From the IMG/VR virus record IMGVR_UViG_3300030450_002056, positions 1-64,000 of that record: 64,000 nucleotides of DNA; one strand, 5' to 3'. This document shows positions 46,600 to 54,540 of the stretch, one piece after another. Every line of letters starts with the position of its first letter. Position 1 is the stretch's first letter. Position numbers and translations under genes: made by a program. The notes under the pieces were generated by a model that did not search any database, was not told the DNA's origin, and was given only the letters and a program-made list of their open reading frames with translations. The stretch comes from a virus.

Positions 46600-47961
46600 A
46601 TGGTCGGAGAAAAGTCGCAGAAATTAAGAGAATTAGCAGATAAGGTTGAAGAAGTCGAAAGACTTACTGTGGAGCAAAAGGACATTGAAGACGATTTGAA
46701 GCGTAGTGAGTGGTTATTAGAGCAACCCCTTATTGACCATGCTTCTATTGTTAAGGACTATGCTAAGGAGTTTAAATTATCTTATACTGATGCCAACAAC
46801 ATATTAAAGAACCCAATAAAAGAATATATAATTGAGGATAAGAATATACCTGATGTGGTTAAAGATATGCGTATGTTTAGGAGAACATTAAAGGGCGACA
46901 CAAAAATAAACATAACAAATTCGATTGATAATTTAATAGATGCCTATACTGACCATTTAGATAAAAGCATTGGTAGTATTTATTGGCTACATAACTATAA
47001 ACCTCTTATTAAGGAAATGGTTTGTAGTGAAAAAGATATTATTAAATTAGCAAACGTTTATGATGAATCTACAAGAAGGGAAATTATAGATAACTTATGT
47101 AAATATTGGGAGTGTAAATTAGAACAAAAAGATTTACCATTTAATAGTGAATATGCTAAATTAAATAAGGAAATGTCGCAAAGCAAAAAAGATTTCAAAT
47201 CTCTCATTAGAAAACAAAGCACCACAACTGGTATGAAAGTTAAAATAAAAGAATCAATATTAAAATCTGTTTGTGATAATCCCGGAATTTCTGCAAGAGA
47301 AATGCATGAAGCATTGCCTACTAATTTACAATCTAAAAGCACACCTAATATGATTGCTAAGTTAGCAAAAACTCAACATATTACAAATGTTAATGGTGCA
47401 TACTATAAATTAGATAATTCAATTAAGAAAAACATTTGGGCATATACAGCAGCATTCATTGATTCTGATGGTTTTATTACTATAGATAAAAACTTTAATC
47501 CTAGAGTTGGTTTAGTAGCAACAGGTGATAGAGGAAAGGCATTCATGTTAGAGATGCATAAATCATTAGGTATGGGTAGATTACATTTAGACCAAAAATC
47601 CCCTCAAGATACTAGACCAGTTAATAGATTAAATTTCTATTCTCAAGGAGATATACATGATTTATTGACTAAATGCGCCCCTCACTTTAAACTTAAATCT
47701 AAAAATGCACAAGCATTATTAGAATTGGTAAGAATAAAAAAGCACTTTAAAAAGGAAGAATGGTCTAAGAATAGATTGCGAGAGTTGTATAAATTAATGA
47801 AGTATTACAATCACAGTGATAATACTAGATTTGATTTTAGCCAATATGATATTGATGTAGATAGTATCCATAAGTTAGAAGAAAATAATAAGATGGGTAT
47901 TATGGATGAATTGGAACAATCAGGCGTAATTGTTAAGGAAAATAGGGATGAAGAAATATGA
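46600..47961 (+). CDS. Protein with a helical N-terminus, wHTH, and C-terminal LAGLIDADG endonuclease domain
   Basis: NPGISAREM wHTH; WAYTAAFIDSDGFI motif; PHFKLK. Confidence 0.8.
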   Translation: MVGEKSQKLRELADKVEEVERLTVEQKDIEDDLKRSEWLLEQPLIDHASIVKDYAKEFKLSYTDANNILKNPIKEYIIEDKNIPDVVKDMRMFRRTLKGDTKINITNSIDNLIDAYTDHLDKSIGSIYWLHNYKPLIKEMVCSEKDIIKLANVYDESTRREIIDNLCKYWECKLEQKDLPFNSEYAKLNKEMSQSKKDFKSLIRKQSTTTGMKVKIKESILKSVCDNPGISAREMHEALPTNLQSKSTPNMIAKLAKTQHITNVNGAYYKLDNSIKKNIWAYTAAFIDSDGFITIDKNFNPRVGLVATGDRGKAFMLEMHKSLGMGRLHLDQKSPQDTRPVNRLNFYSQGDIHDLLTKCAPHFKLKSKNAQALLELVRIKKHFKKEEWSKNRLRELYKLMKYYNHSDNTRFDFSQYDIDVDSIHKLEENNKMGIMDELEQSGVIVKENRDEEI

Positions 47962-48016
47962 ATCCAAACATTGATATGCAATTGCCCTATCGTCTTGATA
48001 AGGGAGAGTGAACACT

Positions 48017-49663
48017 ATGGTAGAAGAAAAGCGCAGGTTTAGTATTACCAATTTATTCAGAAGAAGCACCCCTACACCAGTAGATAGAAAGGTGTTTAAT
48101 CCGGGCATTCAAGAGAAAGATAACTCTTATATGTTAACTTCTCCGGTTATTTATCATATAGCAAATCAATCTGTTGTTGTTAGAACTTGTGTGACTCAAC
48201 TTAAGAATGAAGTATTTAGACGGGGTTATCTTTGGGAAGAAAAATTCGTAGTTAAATGTGATAGTTGTTGTAAAGAACATCAAGCCCCTACTGTAGAATG
48301 TGTGGAATGTGGTTCAACTGATTTAAGTAAGCCTGACCCTAAGCAACTTAAATATGCTCTAAAATTATTAGACGGGTATGTAAATAGTGCAGAACAAATG
48401 TTTATTGATGTTCTCAAAGAAATGGAAGATGATTTAAATATAATGGATGATGCTTATTTAGTATTAGTAAAAGAATATTTCTTAGATAATGATTCAGAAA
48501 TCGCAATGCATCGCATTAATGAAGTGTATCGGGGCGACCCTGTAACAATGCATATTTACGCTGACGAAAAAGGAGAAAGGGGGAATAAAGGGTTCACTTG
48601 TTTGAACCATAGAGATTTCATTTCAGAAGACCCTGTGGGGCGTTGCCAGTATTGTGATACTAGTGCTCTTTATCCTATTCATTATGTTAATAGAGTAAAT
48701 GGAGAAGAACAATATTTCTTAGAGGGAGAAGTATTACACTTTAGTAAATATACACCAAGTCGATTATATGGTTTATCACCTATAATTACATTATGGAATA
48801 GTGTTACTACTTTAATTGCTATGGATAACTATATCAATTCATCATATACTAAGGCAAGAATGCCGAGAGGATTATTAGCAGTCCAAACTAGAAATATTGA
48901 ATCTATGAAATCATTTTGGCGTGGAGTCAAAGAGAAGATGGAACAAGACCCTCACTTTATCCCTGTTATGGGAATAGAATCAGAAGGTGGAAAAGGGTCT
49001 ATTGAGTGGATTAAGTTCATGGATAGCCTAAAGGAAATGGATTATGTATCTGTGAAGGATGACTTAAGAGATAGAGTTTCTGGTTTTTATGGTGTAAGTA
49101 AAATTTTCATGGCAGATAACTCTGCTAGTGGTGGACTCAATAATGAAGGAATGCAGATACTTGTTACTAATCGAGCAGTAGAAATGGCTCAAACTATTTG
49201 GAATAACTATGTGTTCCCATTTGTAACTAAAGAATTTGGAGTTACTGATTGGAAATTAAAACTTCCACCATCAGAAGAAGAAGATGAAATTGCTAAATTA
49301 AGGAAAAGAGAAATAGAAGTTAATATTGCTGCATCAATAAAGAATTTAGGATTTGAAATAGATATGGATGATGAAGGTAGATTTTCTTATACTAAACCTG
49401 AACCTGAAATGCAGGGGCCAAACGAAGAAGGAGGGGGAGATGTGGAATTAGACCCTTATGCGGGAACAGACATTGATGCTTCTCAATTGGGACAACTTCA
49501 AGAAGAAGCCCTATCCGGAAATAAAAGTAAGCCCCAAGAGAACCCGCCAGCCACAAGGAATAAACCCTCTATGAATGTAGGGCCAGACAAGAGATTTAGC
49601 GGTTTACCTAAAGACGCTGGAAATGAGAATGTAGATAAAAGAACTGAAAGGAGAGTAGGTTAA
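48017..49663 (+). CDS. Portal protein with Zn-ribbon insertions
   Basis: Follows terL; DDAYL, LYGLSPI, MPRGLL and FYGVSKIF portal-like motifs; CxxC insertions. Confidence 0.88.
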   Translation: MVEEKRRFSITNLFRRSTPTPVDRKVFNPGIQEKDNSYMLTSPVIYHIANQSVVVRTCVTQLKNEVFRRGYLWEEKFVVKCDSCCKEHQAPTVECVECGSTDLSKPDPKQLKYALKLLDGYVNSAEQMFIDVLKEMEDDLNIMDDAYLVLVKEYFLDNDSEIAMHRINEVYRGDPVTMHIYADEKGERGNKGFTCLNHRDFISEDPVGRCQYCDTSALYPIHYVNRVNGEEQYFLEGEVLHFSKYTPSRLYGLSPIITLWNSVTTLIAMDNYINSSYTKARMPRGLLAVQTRNIESMKSFWRGVKEKMEQDPHFIPVMGIESEGGKGSIEWIKFMDSLKEMDYVSVKDDLRDRVSGFYGVSKIFMADNSASGGLNNEGMQILVTNRAVEMAQTIWNNYVFPFVTKEFGVTDWKLKLPPSEEEDEIAKLRKREIEVNIAASIKNLGFEIDMDDEGRFSYTKPEPEMQGPNEEGGGDVELDPYAGTDIDASQLGQLQEEALSGNKSKPQENPPATRNKPSMNVGPDKRFSGLPKDAGNENVDKRTERRVG

Positions 49664-49664
49664 T

Positions 49665-50051
49665 ATGAGTTGGAAGGATATATTGAAGAAAGAAACAGTG
49701 AATCTGACTGATTTAACTAATAAGATAATCAACCCATTAAATGACTTTTTGAATGAACAGTTAGTTATTCGTGGTGAATATGACGAAGAATTAGATGGTT
49801 ATAGAGATGCAGGAGAAGATGAATATCGTATTGGTCGCGGTAGAATAAAAATAATTCCTGATATGACCCATGATGAACATGATGATGTAACTACTGAATT
49901 TGATATAGAATATTATGGTGAAGATGATTACTATAACGGAGTAAGACTTGGCTCTTATACAGGTGGAGAAGGACATTATCTTGCTAGTGAAGATTGGTCT
50001 GAACATGATTTAGAAGTTCTCTTATCTTTATACCGTGATTTATCGAGGTAA
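49665..50051 (+). CDS. Acidic W-tag protein (MSWKDILK)
   Basis: ORF track. Confidence 0.65.
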   Translation: MSWKDILKKETVNLTDLTNKIINPLNDFLNEQLVIRGEYDEELDGYRDAGEDEYRIGRGRIKIIPDMTHDEHDDVTTEFDIEYYGEDDYYNGVRLGSYTGGEGHYLASEDWSEHDLEVLLSLYRDLSR

Positions 50052-50056
50052 TTAAA

Positions 50057-50323
50057 ATGAGTTGGGAAGATACAATTAAAAGATTACCGGATGCTAGTTA
50101 TGTTAGCAATTTCCCTAAACCAAAGCAAAGTTTAATTGATAGGGCAAAAACAAATTTAGACCAAGAAAAAGCAGCAAGGCATCTTAGTGGTAGTTATGGT
50201 CAATGTAAAGTTAAAAGATGTGGTGCTACCACTTGTCGTTCAAACAAAGATATGCGATGTATGTTAGATGAAATTTATATTGATGATAACGGACATTGCC
50301 AACAATTTGTAAGGAAGGAATAA
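50057..50323 (+). CDS. W-tag protein (MSWEDTIK) with a Cys-rich DUF1540-like domain
   Basis: CGATTCRSNKDMRC...I.IDDNGHC. Confidence 0.6.
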   Translation: MSWEDTIKRLPDASYVSNFPKPKQSLIDRAKTNLDQEKAARHLSGSYGQCKVKRCGATTCRSNKDMRCMLDEIYIDDNGHCQQFVRKE

Positions 50324-50325
50324 CT

Positions 50326-50538
50326 ATGGATGAAACAAAAGTAAAAGAATTAGAAAAACAATTAGCAGACGCAAGAGCAGAAATGCACAATAATAACAGA
50401 GTAGAAATAAATCGGAATTTAGACGCAGTGGGTATTGATTTATCTACAACCGTTGAGAAAAAGATTCCAGATTCAAATGATATTCCTGATGTTATATTAA
50501 TGCCTAAGAAAAAAAGGCGACCTGAAAATAAGTGGTAA
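50326..50538 (+). CDS. Hypothetical protein
   Basis: ORF track; likely start MDETK. Confidence 0.55.
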   Translation: MDETKVKELEKQLADARAEMHNNNRVEINRNLDAVGIDLSTTVEKKIPDSNDIPDVILMPKKKRRPENKW

Positions 50539-50540
50539 AT

Positions 50541-51863
50541 ATGCCAGTTTTATCTAAAGCAGACCTCTTTAGGGAGATTTCCCTACCTGCTTCAGATGAA
50601 ATCAAAAAACAATTTAGCCCCAATGTTAAGAATATCTTAAGGAATGATTTAGGTATAGAACCACATTTTATTCGTAATTTAGAAAGGGCAGTAAATAACA
50701 CCCCAAATTCTTTTAAGGAGAAACTTAGAAGACAATTCAAAGATAGCGATTTAATGGTTGTTCCTTCTAAAAAAGGAAAATATATGCATTTCCCTGAGAA
50801 GTATGGAAAAAACCACCCTACTCATGCGGGTGAATACAAACCTAAAGTTATGGATAATGATAGTCTTATTGTTGCTATTAATGGGTATATTGATGTATTT
50901 GAAGGAATATTAGAAGAAGTAAGTAAGATTCCATTAGAAATGAAACTTAGAGTTTTAGAAGGTCAATTAGAAAACCCAGATAGTATTCGTGAATATGTTA
51001 GTGATGGTGTAGCAGATTTATTAATTGAAAGCCCTAGAACATATGACCAAATAGATACAGCAACAAGAACATTAAAGGTATTTTTGAAGCGCATTAAGAG
51101 AAATATAAAACCTGAAAAGGAATCTTTTGTTGGTTTTAATAAAGCCTTAAAAAAAGCAATTAAGGAATATTCCATAAGTGACTTAAAAGAAAATTGGCAT
51201 GGTTCTTATTCAGAATTTGCAAATGCATTTGGATTTTCTTCACAAAAAACCGTTAATGTGTTTTTAAAGAATTATGAAGATGGTAAATTAGCAGTAGAAA
51301 CTCTTGCTATTTTGAATGAAGAATTCGATGGGAAAGAAGGAATAGAGATATTTAAAGAAATGTTAAAAGAAGTAGGTATGAAAACAAGAAGTTTCAAATT
51401 TACAGAAGAAACTAAAGTTCAGGATTACTTTAATATTAGTTTATCTAAGTTATTGAAAGAAATAGAAAAGGCCTCAAACCCTAGTGCTGGATTTGGAGAA
51501 ATTAAATATTTTTTTAGATTAAAAGAAAATACCTTTTTGGATTATGGAGAAACAGTCGAAATGAGATTACTTGATTTATTAGATGATAAAGAAGAAGTAG
51601 AATACTATTACAATGTTACTCCTGATACAAATGAAGAGGATAAACAAGGCATTGCTGATTTAAAAGATGAAACATATCAGGCTGAAATAAAGGTAACAAC
51701 AAGGCAATATGCTTTCATGTATTACATTGGTAAGTTAAGGGATTTAAAATTGGATAGTTCTTTATTGACTAATGATATTTCTGATGATTATTCAGAAGAT
51801 AAATTAGAAGAGAAATTTAAATATGTTAAAGAGGCATTTGAAGAAATGGGGGAAAAAGAATGA
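50541..51863 (+). CDS. Large hypothetical protein in the head module
   Basis: About 440-aa ORF. Confidence 0.65.
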   Translation: MPVLSKADLFREISLPASDEIKKQFSPNVKNILRNDLGIEPHFIRNLERAVNNTPNSFKEKLRRQFKDSDLMVVPSKKGKYMHFPEKYGKNHPTHAGEYKPKVMDNDSLIVAINGYIDVFEGILEEVSKIPLEMKLRVLEGQLENPDSIREYVSDGVADLLIESPRTYDQIDTATRTLKVFLKRIKRNIKPEKESFVGFNKALKKAIKEYSISDLKENWHGSYSEFANAFGFSSQKTVNVFLKNYEDGKLAVETLAILNEEFDGKEGIEIFKEMLKEVGMKTRSFKFTEETKVQDYFNISLSKLLKEIEKASNPSAGFGEIKYFFRLKENTFLDYGETVEMRLLDLLDDKEEVEYYYNVTPDTNEEDKQGIADLKDETYQAEIKVTTRQYAFMYYIGKLRDLKLDSSLLTNDISDDYSEDKLEEKFKYVKEAFEEMGEKE

Positions 51864-52405
51864 GTTGGAAAGAGATATTAAAAGCAGATGAATTTTGCGA
51901 TGAATGTGGAGATAGAATTAAAGATGGAGAATCTTATACTGTTGAGTCTATGCCCAAAGATTTTCATTCGGGCAAGAAAGGAGAAAGTGCAACCCTTTGT
52001 GAGAATTGTTATAATGAATTAGATTTGCCTACTAAAGATTGGACTAAAGACCTTGACCCTTTCTTATTTATGCCAGATAAAAAGAAAACACTCGAAAAGG
52101 CAGATATTGGTCTTCTTTCTAAATTAGAAGGTAAAGAGAAAAAGAGATTAAAGAAAGTATTACAGTCTGCTCAACCAACTGAATACTTTGGGCAGGATTT
52201 AACTAAACTATCTAATTTAATAGATGAAATGCAAAAGTTAGATTTGATTAAGTCTGATGAAAAATTATCTAAGAAGATGAAAGGCTTTGAAGAAACTAAT
52301 TTAGATATTGTAGCATCTGCCGCAGAATTAAGAAAGGACTATGAAACTCTATACAATCAATTGAGAGGGATTGTATATCCAAAAAGTAAAGGTGATATGA
52401 AATGA
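51860..52405 (+). CDS. W-tag protein (MSWKEILK) with Zn finger and helical C-terminal domain
   Basis: CDEC...LCENC. Confidence 0.65.
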   Translation: MSWKEILKADEFCDECGDRIKDGESYTVESMPKDFHSGKKGESATLCENCYNELDLPTKDWTKDLDPFLFMPDKKKTLEKADIGLLSKLEGKEKKRLKKVLQSAQPTEYFGQDLTKLSNLIDEMQKLDLIKSDEKLSKKMKGFEETNLDIVASAAELRKDYETLYNQLRGIVYPKSKGDMK

Positions 52406-52626
52406 GTTGGAAAGATAATTTAAAGAAGTATTCAATACCATCAATGATGTTGGTAGATTTCATGAGATATACTCAAGATTTAGCAAAGTATTCAACTAGT
52501 CTGTCAAAAAATACACTAGAGAAGGGGATGGATAACATGACAGAGGAAAAATTAGAACGACTAGGAGAGTTTGCAAAAAAGGTTCTAGATGAAATAGAGT
52601 TACTAAAAAGAAGTGGTCTGAAATGA
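52402..52626 (+). CDS. W-tag protein (MSWKDNLK)
   Basis: ORF track. Confidence 0.6.
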   Translation: MSWKDNLKKYSIPSMMLVDFMRYTQDLAKYSTSLSKNTLEKGMDNMTEEKLERLGEFAKKVLDEIELLKRSGLK

Positions 52627-52919
52627 GTTGGGAAGATGTTGTCAAAAGGGTTGGGCCTACTAGGGTAAGAATGTTCTATAATGCGAAGAGAAGACAATCT
52701 AGCACTAATGAACATCTTAAGAGAATTGAAAGAAAACTTGATGAGTTGTATAAGGAACTAGAGGTGTTAGATGGCAAGGATGTTGCTGATATTTCTGCTG
52801 AATATTTAACAGACGAAATGTTAGAGAAACTTAACCTTCTAGGTTATGCTGAAGTTGAATTACAGTCGATATCTAATGCTTTGGAGATAGGTAAAACTCC
52901 ACAGGAATTTGGTGAGTAA
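52623..52919 (+). CDS. W-tag protein (MSWEDVVK)
   Basis: ORF track. Confidence 0.6.
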   Translation: MSWEDVVKRVGPTRVRMFYNAKRRQSSTNEHLKRIERKLDELYKELEVLDGKDVADISAEYLTDEMLEKLNLLGYAEVELQSISNALEIGKTPQEFGE

Positions 52920-52920
52920 A

Positions 52921-53349
52921 ATGAGTTGGAAAGAAATATTAAAAGATGTTAAAAGTGAACTTAAGGAAATGTTTAATGACGAAAAGGTAATAGAAAGGTA
53001 TGATGCAGTGGGTGATGCTGAGAAAGAAATGGTAGAATCACTAATGTTTGTTCCTTCTAAATTTCCTGACAGGGATAAAAGAGTCAGACAGGCTATTTAC
53101 GCTGTGCTTGGTTTAGACTCATACAAAGAATATCCCGAAACTAAATCAGCACCAGATTACCTTGAAGAAAAAGATAAAGAATTTCTTGCGCTAGACTCAT
53201 TATATGAAGAGTATCAAGAGAAAGGAAGAAAAATACTTGAAAAAATTTGGGATGAAAACCCATTTGATGAGAATTCAAGAGAATTTCGTGATTTAGAAGG
53301 AATGTTGGATAGAGAATACGAAGCACATGGAATAAAGCCGCAATACTAA
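52921..53349 (+). CDS. W-tag protein (MSWKEILK)
   Basis: ORF track; GGTGAG RBS. Confidence 0.6.
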   Translation: MSWKEILKDVKSELKEMFNDEKVIERYDAVGDAEKEMVESLMFVPSKFPDRDKRVRQAIYAVLGLDSYKEYPETKSAPDYLEEKDKEFLALDSLYEEYQEKGRKILEKIWDENPFDENSREFRDLEGMLDREYEAHGIKPQY

Positions 53350-53359
53350 GGTGATTAAA

Positions 53360-53560
53360 ATGAGTTGGAAAGAAATATTAAAAGAAATGTCAGATGATGA
53401 CTTAAAAGAACAGTATGATGAAATGCTAGATGAAATATATCCGGAGATTAAAATAGGCACACTTACCTTTTCTCCATCTAGGGTGCTTAGGGAATTAGAC
53501 CCTACAGCATATAGAATAGGATTAAGTGAATATGAAGATTCCTTAATGGAGGATGAATAA
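53360..53560 (+). CDS. W-tag protein (MSWKEILK), acidic
   Basis: YDEMLDEIYPEIKIGTLTFSPSRVLRELDPTAYR; AGGTGA RBS. Confidence 0.65.
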   Translation: MSWKEILKEMSDDDLKEQYDEMLDEIYPEIKIGTLTFSPSRVLRELDPTAYRIGLSEYEDSLMEDE

Positions 53561-53561
53561 A

Positions 53562-53792
53562 ATGACGGAAGAAAATGAAATGTTAATGCTCTTGAAAGAG
53601 TTAGTTGAAAAAGTGAAAAGTTTAGAAGAAACGGTGTATAACCAAGATAACCTATTAATGAAATCAGGTTATGTTAAAGTCAATACTCCTAAACCAATGA
53701 TGGGCAATAATACTGCACCAACGGGTGATATAATTTCTAAGATGGAATGGGACGATATACATAAAATCGTTGAGCAAATAGGAGGCAATTGA
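53562..53792 (+). CDS. Small coiled-coil protein whose C-terminus (MEWDDIH) resembles the scaffold C-terminus
   Basis: Compare MSWGDIH at the end of 57117-58307. Confidence 0.6.
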   Translation: MTEENEMLMLLKELVEKVKSLEETVYNQDNLLMKSGYVKVNTPKPMMGNNTAPTGDIISKMEWDDIHKIVEQIGGN

Positions 53793-53793
53793 A

Positions 53794-54531
53794 ATGCCAG
53801 AAAAAGTAACAAAAGAAGAGAAATTAATTGAAGTAGCAATAATGAAAGCCAAAGAAGTTTTACAGGAGTTTCAAGATGGAACTACTGTTATGTTAGATGA
53901 AGATGTAATGGGTGAAGATATTAAATTAAAAAGGCCCAAGAAAAATCCATCTGAAGAAAAGATAAAAAATCCAACAGGTGATGAAGGATATGGCTATATT
54001 GGTAAGGCAATAATGAAAGAGAGTAATCCCTTTTTAGATGATGAAAGGGATAGGAATCTAAAATTACGCATAGAGAGAATTCAAGGTGATATAGAAGAAG
54101 TAGAAGTTGAACTAGATGAAATGGATATTTCTGGTGCTAAGGATAATCCCTCACTATTTACTCGTCAAAGTAAATTGCAGAATAAACTAAAAAATCTACA
54201 GGGGCAATTGGGAGATGCTTATGATGCATTAGGTAAAGCAGTTATGCTTAAAAGAATGTTAAAAGCAGCAGAAGCGATTGATTTAGTATCTAAGATGGAA
54301 TTAGATTCTATTGTTAAGAGTAAAATGGATGATTTGAAATTATCTATTCAAGCCGCATTTGAGAAGTTTATGGCTAGTCCTATGAAAGATGCCGACCAAA
54401 AAGCATATGAAAGGGAATATCTTAGATTAAAGAAATTAATTGATAGGTTTGATGGTCATGCTGAAACTGAAATGGATGCAGAACATTCACCTGCCGCCCA
54501 TGTGAAAAGAAAATATGGATATAGATTATAG
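53794..54531 (+). CDS. Coiled-coil hypothetical protein with multiple K-A/K-S motifs
   Basis: ORF track. Confidence 0.65.
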   Translation: MPEKVTKEEKLIEVAIMKAKEVLQEFQDGTTVMLDEDVMGEDIKLKRPKKNPSEEKIKNPTGDEGYGYIGKAIMKESNPFLDDERDRNLKLRIERIQGDIEEVEVELDEMDISGAKDNPSLFTRQSKLQNKLKNLQGQLGDAYDALGKAVMLKRMLKAAEAIDLVSKMELDSIVKSKMDDLKLSIQAAFEKFMASPMKDADQKAYEREYLRLKKLIDRFDGHAETEMDAEHSPAAHVKRKYGYRL

Positions 54532-54540
54532 AGTGATATT

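Noticed and set aside
46600-47961. Group I intron or intein in terL or portal
   Set aside because: terL ends with a complete nuclease domain and stop codon, and the portal has its own start; the LAGLIDADG ORF is free-standing.
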